Assembly: GCA_951406725.2 (NCBI GenBank)
Contig: OX597824.1
Location: 7,130,001 to 7,194,000 of the forward strand
Length of the DNA stretch: 64,000 nt
Source: Octopus vulgaris
Lineage: Eukaryota
Direction of reading: 5' to 3'
Part shown: one piece after another, positions 26,073-39,647 of the stretch
Position numbering within the stretch: position 1 is the first letter of the stretch
How the letters are laid out: each line of letters opens with the position of its first letter
Position numbers and translations under genes: made by a program
The notes under the pieces: model-generated
Told to the model about the DNA's origin: nothing
Database searches by the model: none
The model's input: only the letters and a program-made list of their open reading frames with translations

Positions 26073-26469
26073 ACATAAGTAAAAAGCAATTTCACTCCAC
26101 AAAACATATTAATTTAAAATGAAGTACGTAAATGATGAGAAATGCAAAGTTTAAAAATGTGGAGAGAAATGTGCTCGTCAATATTGATTAGTAATAAATT
26201 CCGGGTAAGAGCAATTCAATGAAAGAAATCAGCAGGAAAAAAGAACGGGAAAAAAAAAGCCTATATCAGCAGAAGTATGTTTTGAAAATTGAAAGATATA
26301 TGTCGAGGTCTGCTTCCGCATAATATTCCAGCATGCATATATGCATCTGCGAATATTAAGTAGAAGTAGATTCCCACATTCATCTTTGAATTTCGAAGAC
26401 CCACTTTCACTGATGATGGCTTCTTCTTCTGCTTTTAAATTAAGATAACTGATTGTTTATAAGAAACAG

Positions 26470-26831
26470 GGGGCCAAGAGCACCATCCGAGTGTGATCGT
26501 TGCCAGAGCAGCCAACTGGCTTCTGTGCTGGTGGCACATAAAAGGGCACCATTTGAGCGTGGTCGTTACCAACGTCACTTCACTGGCACCTCTGCCGGTG
26601 GCACATGTAAACAGATTCGAGCAAGGTTGTTGTCAGTACCGCCTGACTGGCCCCCATGCCAGCGGCACGTAAAAAGCACCCACTACACTCTCGGAGTGGT
26701 TGGCGTTAGGAAGGGCATCCAGCTGTAGAAACTCTGCCAGATCAAGATTGGAACCTGGTGCAGCCATCTGGTTCGCCAGCCCTCAGGCAAAATCGTCCAT
26801 GGAAAGCGGACGTTAAACAATGATGATGATG
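26470..26831 (+). mobile_element. RTE LINE 3' end
   Basis: ~60-bp subrepeats (GGCAC.TAAAA.GCACC), conserved tail and (GAT)n. Confidence 0.85.
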
Positions 26832-27599
26832 TAGATAAGACATGAATGGATGGAGCTTGTTACTTAACAGCCTTAGTCAGCTCTAGTGATACAGGACCAA
26901 AGTGATGGATAATCCCGGAGGTGTTTTGGAAGCAGGCTTAATATTGTCTCAGATCTTGAACAAGGCGTGTATCTGTCTTTTGATCCTATCTGATGTAACA
27001 CACCAATTTCATTATTTAATTTGAGGATGGCTTGAAAACTCATCTTTTACTTGAGCTATGAATCTAGCCAAGGGTTGGGCAGTTGCTACTGGAAGTTTAT
27101 GTGAGTGAGGTTCTAGTCTCCAGTCATTCCTGACTGAGCAGAATTGTGGGGCAAGTCGATTACATTGACCTCAGTATTCAGCTGGTACTTATTTTATCAA
27201 CCCTTGAAAGAAATGATAGGCAAAGTCAACCCCGGCAGAATTTGAACTCAGAACTTAAAGTTGGACAAGGGCTTGGGTTGTGACGAGTAATCCAACTTAT
27301 GCTTCTATAGAAAGTAGGTGGATGATGATGATAAGAGAAGGAGGAGGAAGAGGAAGAGGAGGAGGGTATGTGATACATATTCACCGAATCTGATTGACAA
27401 AAACGTCTCAAATATTTCTTCATATTATCCAAATTGCAAGAACCGCACGTAGCACCGATACATTCATAACATAGAAAGAATGGACACAGTGAGAAAATGA
27501 ACGAAATATTGAATTCCAAGTGATGGAATTAGGACTGATACCATATATTCATAAGTAATACAATGAATATATATATAAAGAGCAAGGTAGAGGAGGAGG

Positions 27600-28840
27600 G
27601 AGGACACAAAAGATTTTGTAAAAGGATGCAGAAAGTGAAGAATTTCTAAGCTAATTTTGGAGGGTTAGCGTAAACATAATGTTATAATAAGCATTAATGG
27701 AGACACGAGTTTAGAGGATATAGCTAGGCATTCCTGAGGTAGAAAATATTGTAGAATCTGCTGATTTGGGATAATAGCAATCATTTGAAAGGGAAAAAAA
27801 GCCAAAAACTCAAGTAATGTGATTGAGAAATCATAGTTGAAACTTAAAGAGAAAAGGTAGGAAAAAATATAAAAAATATAAACGGTAGAGGGAACTAAAT
27901 ACTGAGGCTATACTGGAATAGAATATTGCTGTAATTTTAAAGAGGCAAAGCCTAAGTTTTATAACATCATATGATGACAACAATGCTGTGCTTGGAATTG
28001 CAAAATATGGCGCCGAGTAAAATTGGTGAAATTTGTATCTTATAATGATATGGTTGTACTGACATTCATTTACAACGAAGCAAAGTGTCATTATAGCAGG
28101 CTGCTCGAGAAGATGGATAAGACAAAGTGAATACATGCCCAATTGAGTCGGCTCTGTGCAGTGTACATAATCAAGTTAAAATGGAGATAATGCGGTTTAT
28201 ACTTCTATTGAGGCAAGTGAAAGAAATAGTTAACATCAAAAGGACTTTTTTCTGTAATTTGATAATCTAGAAAATCCATAGAGCATTCATATATTCTATA
28301 TTCAAGATGGAATTAAGTAAGATAAAAGAAGACCATGCCGCATCAAATGAAAGAAAATACTAAGGTAAGGATTAGAGGTAGATTAAATGATAAATGTGTG
28401 ATAGGTGTTATTATCAAATCAAAAATCTTCTTAATACTTGACTTTGAAGCATTCACAGAAATCCAATATGATTCTGTTTGCCGATAATCTGTTTCTGATA
28501 ATCGAATCAATAATGACTTCATTTGAATTGCTAACAAAATCTTGCAGACCTTATTTGTTGTGATTTGAAGAGAGAAAAATTGATGCGGTCAAACAATGCC
28601 ATCAACGTAGCAGACAAAACCTTCTTCATACGTATTTGTCCTGTCAGCTGCATGGAGACCACACACAAGAGTGTGTTCACAAGTGAGGACAGGCTTGGAG
28701 AAGAAAACCATCCAAAGAATGGTGTATCCAAAGTTATATGTATACAGGGGAAAATAAGAAACTGGGAGACAAATGTCTGACTAAAAACTAGATTTAGCAA
28801 ACATGAACAAAATAAGATTTAAATGGATTATCCAATGAAA
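27600..28840 (+). pseudogene. Highly decayed RTE-type LINE reverse transcriptase remnant
   Basis: Relic motifs FDNLEN (~FVDLEKAYD, ~28258) and MILFADNLFLIIES (~LLFADDLVLIAES, 28468-28509); many stops; boundaries approximate. Confidence 0.5.
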
Positions 28841-28889
28841 AGATCATCAGCATCATCAATTCTTTTACTTGTTTCACTCTTAAAAATCG

Positions 28890-29142
28890 TGGTAGAGGCC
28901 TTGGTCTCGGGACGACTCATGTCTAGAAACTGAGGTTGGGGGTAAGCAAGGGCATGCTCCCTATAGAAAAATCCAGCTCCAAAAAAGCCTCATGGTAGCA
29001 AAGAAGAATGGACACCAACCGGCCAGCCCATAGTTTGGGGTGGGCTGCACCTGCCTACCTCAGTTGCTGTGACATTGGGATAGATCCAGCCACCCACATT
29101 AACAGGGACAAAACCCTGATTTAAAACTGGATGATGATGATG
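28890..29142 (+). mobile_element. 3' end of a second RTE-like family
   Basis: GGGGTAAGCAAGGGCATGCTCCCT.TAGAAA motif and (GAT)n tail. Confidence 0.55.
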
Positions 29143-30458
29143 ACTCAATGGACTGCAGGCCATGCTGGGGTAGAGCCATGAATGATTTAGGTAAACAAAT
29201 TGACTGTTGTACATCTTTTTTTCGTTTTTGAAGTCTGATACTTCTACCAGTTTCAGTTTTGCTGGACAACTAATCTCTAGGAATGTAAACAAATACCTCA
29301 ACATTTATCTCCTCCTGGCTCCACCTCAATCAATTCCACCCTCTCTTCTAAAATATGAGTAACCATGTAACTCCTTTACAACAAGAAACATGCTCTGCTC
29401 TGACTTCTTTTCTTATACTTTAGTCCCCATCCCTCCCTCGAGTGAAAAGTTGTCTCTCTCAGGATTTGCAGCCTTGCAAGCCACATGGTAACCTCACTGG
29501 TGCGGGTGGCACAAAAAAAGTATGCGGTCCATGCAGTGAAGTGGTTGGCATTAGGAAGAGCAGCCACCTAAAGAAACTATGAGAAGAGCAGACAATGGAG
29601 CACAGTACGTCCTTGGACCTGTTGGATTCTGATGAACTACACACACAGACACACACACACACACACACACATATCATCATCATGATGTGTGTGTGTGTAT
29701 ATGTGTGTTATAAATGCATACATACATGCATCCATCCATCCAGCCAGCCAGCCAGCCAGCCATACATACATACATACATATCAGCATCAGCATTTAACAT
29801 CCATTTTTTTAATGCTGGCATGGATTAGACACTTTGACTGGAGATGGTAAGCCAGAGAGATGCACCAAACTGCAGTCATCAGTTTTGGCTTAGTTTCCAT
29901 CACTGGATGCCTTTCCTAATGCCCACCACTTTACAGTGTACCGGGTGTCTTTTACATGGCAGCAGCAAAGATACTTTTAAAGTGTCACCAGCTCTGGCGC
30001 CAACCATGACATCACTTAGATTGTCATGTCTTCCCAAGCACAACAAATCCCCAGAATTCTCAGTCATTTGTTGTGACCTTCATGAGACCCAACAACTGAA
30101 GATCATATTTCACCTCCTGAGTTTACCTCTTCTACAATTAGAGATCAGCACTTCTTTACACAGCCATGTTATAATTTTTCGCAACCACTTTTCATTATCG
30201 AAACGCGAGAAACAGTGCCTTTTATTGTCACTGCCCTGTCCACAAGTCATCCAGTTGCTTTGCACTTTCAAGGGTGAGTGGTAAGAAAACTTCCTCAAAT
30301 GCAAAAACAGGTGGGCTTAGCAGCAAAAGGGACATCTGGCCATAAAAATAATGGCTCAGCGCAATATGTATCAACATAAACCATGAAAGTAAGTGAAAAT
30401 ACTTGGAAAGTGAGCAAAAGCAGATTTGACAGATTTCCATACAACCATGGATAAATAG

Positions 30459-30672
<214 letters not shown>

Positions 30673-30752
30673 TACATGTTTTTGTGTATGTAGATGTGTA
30701 TATTTACATGTATACATTTTCCATGTGCGTGTGTGTACTTAAGGCATATACG

Positions 30753-30783
<31 letters not shown>

Positions 30784-32092
30784 TGTATATGTGTATATTT
30801 ATGTAAATATATTTCTATACAATTTGGCCTACCAAATTCCAATTACATGGGTTCTGTCAACCCAAGGAGGAGGCTACGACAATGACACTCTCCTACGGTG
30901 CCATGCACAGGAAGATCAAAGCCACAGCCACATTGCAAATAAAAAATGTCACCGTGATATAATATTACCTTGCTTGTTTTTAAATTTGTCATTTCTTGCA
31001 AAACCCACCCTAATCTATGTAATATCTATGTAATATCACACGAAACCAGAATTTGTGATGTGATATCTGTTTAGCGTTATTGCACCTGATATAATAAACT
31101 TCAGCGATATTTTTTTTAACACAGATTCTCCATCAAAATATTGAGGTTTAGCATGGGCAACGTTTTATGATGCAATAAAAATGTGGTTAGCGATTATATC
31201 ATTCCTCTTATTGAACAAAGTCTTCTGGCTTTATAGGGAGTGATTATTTTAACAAGCAAACTTACTCTACTGTGAGGTAGTAGAAGTTAAAGGTTCCAGT
31301 TTTAAAGCCTAAATGGAATATTTCATTGCTCCAATGGACTCTAAAAAATGTGGCTTTATTTCATTTTGTGTAGACATTTTGGATATGTTCATTTACTTCA
31401 TTTTTTTTCTTTCTTTTCGCTCTTGAATCTGATTTTCTCGAATGGTGGGTGGTAAATGAATACGTACAGTTGAAGTATCCTATTATGTCTGGATGTCATT
31501 GCAGTTGCCAGCCCTTGCAAGGAGCTCTTCATTCTGAACATCTTCAAAAGCATTTAGCAACCGGATGATTTGTCAACAGGCGAATGACAAAAGACAACAC
31601 TAGACTCAGCTCTTTGGTCACAGAATGCAAACATTCTCACAGATACGTGCATGTACATGGCAATTTATTACATAAGGACATACAAACATGCATATATAAA
31701 TGAAAAATCGAAAGGAAGACAGAAACAACACAAAAAGAAAAAAAAAGACAAATGAAAATGAAAATCCTCTCAACGGCCATGGCAACCAGACTCAGTATCG
31801 TTTCAGTACGTTTAAAGTCTGAAGACTTTATATTTCATGTTATTGCTCACCTGTTTGTACCAGTGGTATAGAGAATATCAATGAGGTGACGGACAAACAA
31901 GGACTCTAAACGACAACATACAAGCAGGACATAAAATAGATAAAAACTATTCAATAAGAGAATGTGTGGGTACACATATATGCATACACACACCCATATA
32001 TATAAATACATAAGTATACACACAAACAGGTGTTTGTCTCTCAACCAGGTACAAGGAAAAACAGCACTCACTGAGCATTTATATATATACAT

Positions 32093-32323
32093 ATGGTGGC
32101 GAGCTGGCAGAAACGTTAGCATGCTGGGCAAAATTCGTGGCCGTATTTCATCAGCCATTACGTTCTGAGTTCAAATTCCACCGAGGTCGACTTTGCCTTT
32201 CATCCTTTTGGGGTCGATAAATTAAGTACCAGTTACGCACTGGGATGGATATAATCGACTTAATCCGTTTGTCTGTCCTTGTTTGTCCCCTCTGTGTTTA
32301 GCTCCTTGTGGGTAGTAAAGAAA

Positions 32324-32324
<1 letters not shown>
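32093..32324 (+). mobile_element. Meta-like SINE
   Basis: Full family match; flanked by ATTTATATATATA repeats. Confidence 0.85.
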
Positions 32325-32361
<37 letters not shown>

Positions 32362-34516
32362 CACACTCACATACACACATACATAACCCATGGGTGTCTC
32401 AACTAATATTCTTACAGTTTTGCCAATCAACGGCTTTTGACTGCAATTTTTTGCTTTATTGATTCCAAAAGAATAAAATAAAAAGCAGAGTGAACGTCAA
32501 TGAGATTTGAACTCAGATCACAGAGCACCACTTCTACAATGCAGTATGTTACTTCAAAGTACAAAAGAAAGATGTTTAAAGGAAGATTGGTAGTGCAAAT
32601 GCTGCAAGCAACGGGTTATATTTTAACAATAAATCCCTGTTCGCCAGTGACAATAATTATCACAAGACTTAATTAATAGACAGAGTGTATCTAATTAAAA
32701 AAAAGAATATTCTTTATGAGTTTCTGATAACTTCACCATTGTTGCTAAGAGATTACATCTTACTTAGATTAGTTAATTCAAAACTCTACTGTCAAACGTA
32801 CAATAAAGTCTACAGGCAATAGATTAACAGACACGTAATATATAATTTCAAGAAAATTAATTTATTTTCTTTCATAATTTGTTTTATGTGGCGAAATATC
32901 TTTTCATTCAAAGAAAATGGGAAATTGGCTTTTATCATTAAAAACGAACTTAATAGAATTTGAATTTTGAATTTCAAATTTTCAGCTCACTAAATTCTTT
33001 AAATTCTTTTGGGTGTTCTAGAAGACAAAGATGTTACATATATGCTGCCTTGTTTCTATGTTAAATAACCCAGCGCTATTCAGGCACCAACATTATGCAG
33101 TTATTCACTAATGATAATGTCTGTGTTTTTGTTTTTTGTGGGGTTTTTCCCCCATATATCTTTATTCATACCAAGTGAAACTAACTTCTTTTGTTTTTCC
33201 AAAGTTAAACATTCTTTACTCTGAGACAATATGTCTGTTCTTCATACATAAACATATATTTACAACCCATTCTGACCAAAGCCTTCGATGGGAATTTGAT
33301 AGATGGAAATTGAAAGAAGCCCATCATCATCATCATCATCATCACCGTTTTAATGACCACCTTTCCATGCTTGCAAAGATCAGAATTGCTAAATTATAGG
33401 GGCATAAATAAACGGTTGGTATCTAGCAGTGAGGGGTGGGGGGTGGGGGAACATAACACATGTATATATATAACAGGCTTCCACACAGTTTCCATGAACA
33501 AAATTCACTCACAAGGCATTGATCAGCCTATGGCTATAGTAGACGAACAACACTTGCCCAAGGTGCTACACACACACACACAAAATAAAAAAAACAATCC
33601 TAACAAAGAAAACAGCAAAGATTCCAACATCTAAATATTTTTTCTTCATTTCTTTCTTTTTTTACGAGACAAAAGGGTCATACTCAAAATGTTCCTCCAC
33701 CTATCTTTTTTTTTTTACCTTTTTTTTTCTGTCTTTTCATGAAACAAATGTTCAGACAAAACACATGACTAAAAATATATCTCTTGTCTATGGCTTAAAA
33801 AATATTTGAAAATCTCTTCTTTTTTTTTTGGTTATTCTGTCAAGACATAATAGCGTCAAAGTTGTTTGTTCATAACAAGAGTCTTTTTCCTTTACCAAAT
33901 ATACTCTGCACTCTAAGTTCTATGAGTAAATTTCTGATCAAACATAAAACGAATGAAAGAAATACAAAAAATATACCATTTTTTAGCAAGCATTTTTTCT
34001 GCTTTTTAGCAAGATTTTTTCACATATTTCTCTACATTTATTTTTTGTATTTTTTTATAATTTTTTTAGTTTTTGCAACTAATAAAGAATTGGAAGAGGC
34101 TGTTTATCAGGAAAGGATTTCAAGAAAAATTCTGTTACGAGGAGGTTAATAAGAATAAATCAATTCCACATTGAAATCCAATCATGATTAGTGATACAGG
34201 AATGCAAGAAGAAAAAAAAATGGTGAAATACATAAGCATTATAAAAATTTTAAATACATTCTTAACAAAAAAAAAACAAAGAAAAGATGGAAACAAAATA
34301 GATTATTTTTCGGAATTAGTTTCATTAAAAACCACACCAAAAAAATATTCTTCTGAATCTACTCATGGAGAGATGTAAGTAAAGAATAAATTCTAAGGCG
34401 ACAAGAAAATATTTGCATAAGTTGTTTTGTCAAAGATTCTCTTTGTAATGTTAATGATGTTATTTTGTTTTTGGTGGAGAGTTTGTTAAAAGATGTTCTA
34501 ATAATGTTACATGTTG

Positions 34517-35068
34517 GAAAATTACTATTTTTAAATCTCACAACAAGAGATATTCAGCAACAGTACTTTGGAGTAAAGATTGTTTGCTTACATAACATGG
34601 CAGTCCTGGTTTAGGACGAATGTTGCTGTAATTTAGCCCCAGGAGACATCGTCTCCAGCTGGCTATACGACACGATCTGTGTCCTTATATTTTCGAACAA
34701 GGGAATCTAGCACCCCAACTCAGTTCAAAAACAATATCTGTGTATCACGACTTCCAGATTATTTTCCTTCATCAGCACAGAATACTTGTTCAAAATTCCC
34801 ATTCAAAATATAGTTTTCAAAGTGACCACTAGTCACTGATCTATAAATTAGAAAATTACTATTTTAAATAATCTCACAACAAGAGATATTCAGCAACAGA
34901 TGTTGTTTTGAGCTGAATGGGGGTGTTAGATTCCCTTGTTCTAAAATATAAGGGCACGGATTGTGTTGTATAGCTAGCTGGAAACGATGTTTCCTGGGGC
35001 TAAATTACAGCAACATTCGTCCTAAACCAGGACTGCCATGTTATGTTGGCAAACAATCTTTACCCCAA
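34517..35068 (-). mobile_element. Second hammerhead-containing foldback element, related to 24078-24557
   Basis: ~173-bp inverted arms 34568-34741 and 34896-35068; ~47-bp direct repeat 34517-34563 and 34851-34899; arm sequence homologous to the 24-kb element. Confidence 0.75.
34738..34780 (-). ncRNA. Degenerate type I hammerhead ribozyme
   Basis: Minus strand CUGUG-CUGAUGA-AGGAAAAUAAUCUG-GAAGUCGUGAUA-CACAG; stem I CUGUG/CACAG intact, GAAA box mutated. Confidence 0.55.
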
Positions 35069-35084
35069 TTTTACATGTGTTTTA

Positions 35085-35450
35085 TCTTTTACTTGTTTCA
35101 TACACTGGATTGCAGCCATGCTGGAGCACCACCTTGAAGGGTTTTAGTTGAACAAATCAACTACAGTACTTGCTTTTTACTTGTTTTTCTTTTTATTTCA
35201 AGCCTTGTACTTATTCTATCAGTTTATTTTGTTGAACTGCTAAGTTATGGGAATGTAAACAAACCAGCACCAGAGGTCACACAGTGGTGGGGGAGAAACA
35301 CATACACAACAAGATTCTTTCAGTTTCCATCTACCAAATACATTCACAAGGCTTTAGTCATCCTGGGGCAATACAGCAGAAGACACTTGCTCAAGGTGTC
35401 ATGCAGAGGGACTGAACCTAGAACTATGTGGTTGGCAAGCAAACTTATTA
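35085..35450 (-). mobile_element. Diverged CORE-like SINE
   Basis: Family tail, core and head recognisable. Confidence 0.75.
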
Positions 35451-35534
35451 CATCTCACCAACAAAACTTTCTGACAAATCCACATCATTAGCTTAAGTAG
35501 CTAATTAGTTAACTGCATGGATAACAATATGTTA

Positions 35535-35557
35535 AATGATGATAATGGTGATGGAGG

Positions 35558-35588
<31 letters not shown>

Positions 35589-35696
35589 AATGATAAAGGT
35601 GGTGGTGGTGGTGGTGATAATGATAAAGGTAATGGTGGTGGTGGTGGTGGTGGTGGTGGTGGCGACGATGATAAAGGTGGTGTAGGTGGTGATGAT
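35535..35696. repeat. (GAT/GGT)n trinucleotide tract
   Basis: Direct inspection. Confidence 0.9.
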
Positions 35697-36327
35697 CTCT
35701 CAACATATAACAACACAACATTGTAAGGACCAACACACAAAACGGTTCCCAATTAGCCAGAACAGATTTCATTTGCCCCAAACAAACGAGCTTCATGGCA
35801 ATCAGAACGAATGAGATACAAAGAACAAAGGTGTTTTAGCAGTTATCTACCAATAAAACACACACACACACACACGTATGATCCCTAGTTCCATTGAGGA
35901 TTTATTTGTGCATAGCACAATAATAATAACCAAAGAAAAAAAGTAAAAAAACAGCCAACAAAAGCCCCGGCAACAACTAAAGGCTTTTAAAGCCGACCGT
36001 AATAAGTGCAACACAAGGAACTGCATATAATACAAGGGAACAACACAACAAAATCCCTTTTATGGGATTGGAACACTTCAACACTAAATACGAGATTAAC
36101 AGATTAATCTCATATAAGCTATGAATCCAGCATAAAAACACCAAAACAGATGCTGATATAATATGATGGATAAAAAAATAAAAAGGTGAAAGGCTCTTTA
36201 CATACATTACACAAACAACAACAACAACAACAGCACTACCCCCATCGCTGCTGCTGCCACCACCACTGCATAACATCCATTTTCTATGCTGTCATGGGTT
36301 GGATGTTTTGGAAGAATGAATTTCATG

Positions 36328-36812
36328 AATACACTCCATCAGGCATTTGCCATATCCTGAACGCCTTACTTCCCTGGGCATGGACACATTGAAACTCCGA
36401 CGTCTGGCAGCTGACTTGGTAGGCACCCATAAAATTATCAACCATCGTACAAACAATAACTCTGAGCACCTTTTCAAACTCCACCCATCTAACACCCGTG
36501 GACATATTTACAAAGTCAGAAAACAGCACAGCTCCCATGACTTCAGGAAACATTTTTTCACGCTGAGAGTTGCTGAAGCATGGAACAAACTGCCGGCATC
36601 AGTTGTTAGTTGTCGGAGCACTGCATCCTTCAAAACTTCCATGCTTCCTGAGATTCGCCAACACTACACCTGATTTTCTCCCCTCCATACACACACAAGC
36701 ATGTAGCTGACTCATACGTTGTTCGCTTTCCAGACATTTTTACATTACTGCATATACTTTATATGCACTTTCTGACAAGCTGTGGTGCACCTGAGCACTG
36801 TATACAATAATT

Positions 36813-36847
<35 letters not shown>

Positions 36848-36848
36848 A
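36328..36848 (+). mobile_element. 5'-truncated CR1-clade LINE (ORF2 C-terminus, 3' UTR, (ATT)n tail)
   Basis: ORF 36347-36673 has the CR1 C-terminal motifs YPERL..LG..TL..RR...DL, TRGH..K, R..FF..RV...WN.LP. Confidence 0.9.
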
Positions 36849-37424
36849 TTATGAGTCTGAGAGGAACTCGGGCTCAGATGACAGTTTTGTCACAAGTACA
36901 GCATGAACCCAAAACCAAATAATCATGAAGAAAACTTCTTAAGTTCACAGCCATACCTACATGATGATATTCTCATCTCTATAAGAAACACTGCGGCAGC
37001 TGAGTTTTAATCCAATTTGCATTGATTAACATATGGTACCAATTGATTAATGCTAATACACAGTCACTTACTGCATTAATCCTTTTGATATCAAACCACT
37101 TGGAAGTTTCCTTGGTTCTATAGTAAAAACTGTATTGATCTTTAATCATGCAGGTGACTCTGAAAATGTCATGCTTATTTGTTCACACGGTTTTCAATTA
37201 ATCATGCAGTGTCTTGTAGGTTCAAGATTTAGATGATGTGGTTGTTTATTTTTGAATGACATTGTAGAGTAGGTGTGAGAGACCAGATCTGGCCAGGGCC
37301 GGATATGACCAGTTTAAATACTAATGAGTTAGAGCCATCTGAATTAAAAACTTGCATCAAAATTTCAAGTTAGCGTTTAAAAAAAACGATGAAGAAATGA
37401 ATACTTCTAACGTCATTATTATTT

Positions 37425-37695
37425 ACTAGTTGACTCCATGCTGTCAAAAATCACGGCTAATTGTAGTATTTTATATATAAATAAGGTACAAAATAATCAC
37501 ACATACAAACATTCACATACTTTCCTTGTACACGCACATACATACACACATACAGTCACACAGAACTGAAACGCTGTTTGATTTTTCTTTTCACCGTAGA
37601 ACTATCACCATCCCATTACCAAGTTTACCATCACCCCTTCCTTTCTCCTTCGTATGTTGTGACAGAGAAATACACAAGAGTATTATTATAGTAGA
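37425..37695 (-). mobile_element. Probable non-autonomous Helitron
   Basis: Minus strand begins TCTACTATAATAA and ends CTAG|T. Confidence 0.5.
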
Positions 37696-37954
37696 TATTT
37701 AATACTAGTCAGGCTACTTCTGCCAACGTCTTTGGACAATACTACAATGTAGCAAAGTAGCCTCTCCAGCTGGATCTGTATTAAGTTAAATTCCTTCATG
37801 AATACCATATCTTTTATACAACACACAAGGAATCACCTGCCAGTAACAACAGATTTCTATGAACTCTTTGAATACATTTTTTTTATTTTTGATTTCAAAA
37901 AGGAAGTATTTTTTCTAAAATATCAGTGTCATTAAACAACCTATGTAAGGTTGT

Positions 37955-38182
37955 TTAACCCTTTCGTCATTGTATTTCTGTTGAGATGCTCTGTGTTTCT
38001 TTCAATTACTTTAAATATAACAAAGAATTTAGTAAAATAACTTAGTTATCATTAAGCTGGTGTTAGGAACATAAACTGTGGCTAAGGTTTGGTGGAAGAT
38101 TTTAATTCAGAACTTGTGAAAACAAGACATTTGTACTCAGAGCCAGAGTAGGTTTCAGCTGGGTTGGTATCAAAAGGGTTAA
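37955..38182 (-). mobile_element. TTAA-flanked MITE
   Basis: Reverse complement of the 13007-13237 unit with both TIRs. Confidence 0.85.
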
Positions 38183-38784
38183 TGACATCACCTACGTATT
38201 TTGTCTCATTCTTCACCCAAATTCCTCAATTTTTTTTTTATCCTCCAAACATTTATGTCACCGAGATACATAGTAAAGCTTCAAGCAAATTACAATAAAA
38301 TTAACCATTTTGATACCAGACCATCTGATTCGATGATACTGAAGCTTGTATATTAAAGTCTTTATACTTGGACACATATTCCTGTCATAATAATTTTCAA
38401 AATATGTTTTGTCCTTTTTTTATGATGCATTCCAAATACTAATTAATTAAATTGGAAAAGTTGATTATTTTCCTAAATCCTCTCAGTCTTAATTATTTCA
38501 AAAATTAATCAAAAGAAACAGGAAGAGTATTTCATTAAAGACATAGTCACAAACGAGTTAAAACTACTTCATTACATTTTCATAAATGGCTTATTTCTGC
38601 CAGACACAGCGCCAAACACCAATTCACAACATGTCTCCAGTCAGTAAGTACCAGTTGGTTTTGGCTCATAAATAAAGTTTCATAATCATTTCTCCAAGTT
38701 GTTTGACTATTTTTATACTTAAACTCTTTCAGAACTCATTTCTAATCTAATTAAAATACACACACATATGTAACAATGCAAATA

Positions 38785-39201
38785 TATTTCTTTACTACCC
38801 ACAAGGAGTTAAACACAGAGGGGACAAACAAGGACAGACAAAGGGATCAAGGCGATTACATCGATCCCAGTGTGTAACTGGTACTTAATTTATCGACCCC
38901 GAAAGGATGAAAGGCAAAGTCGGCCTCGGTGGAATTTGAACTCACCACGTAACGGCAGATGAAATACCTATTTCTTTACTACCCACAAGGGGCTAAACAC
39001 AGAGGGGACAAACAAGGACAGAGAAAGGGATCAAGTCGATTACATCGACCCCAGTGCGTAACTGGTACTTATTTAATCGACCCCGAAAGGATGAAAGGCA
39101 AAGTCAACCTCGGCGAAATTTGAACTCGGAACGTAACGACAGATGAAACATGGCAAAGCATTTCGCCCGGCGTGCTAACAATTCTGCCAGCTCGCCGCCT
39201 T
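38785..39201 (-). mobile_element. Meta-like SINE with tandemly duplicated 3' ~184 bp and 16-bp TSD
   Basis: Units 38785-38968 and 38969-39201; TSD TGTAA(C/T)AATGCAAATA at 38769 and 39202. Confidence 0.85.
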
Positions 39202-39615
39202 TGTAATAATGCAAATAAACAGATAAAACTCCTTGGGTTTGATATACAAGAATATATTTCCAGATGATTAACATTCGAGTATAAATATATATCTATATTT
39301 ATACTTGAATGCTAGTCATCCGGGAATTTTCCAGTATTTGTATTTTCTTTATTTACATGAATATATATTGTGGTTTATCAGACTGAAGAATTTTTATCTG
39401 TTTATTTTGCATCGATTGTCTCCATGTCTGCTCACTTGGATGCCCGCTATAACCACTCTTTACTCTGCTGATTTGGTCCTTGCTAAAGATTTCAGAATAA
39501 TACGTTCAAATCATTTCGGCACTACTAAGCTACTAAGTGTTTTCAATATAGAGATACTCCCAATATATATGCATAATATATATCATTATCTTCATTATCG
39601 TTTAACATCTATTCT

Positions 39616-39647
<32 letters not shown>

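Noticed and set aside
37711-37763. Hairpin AGGCTACTT...AAGTAGCCT as a pre-miRNA
   Set aside because: Only ~12 bp of stem; insufficient pairing
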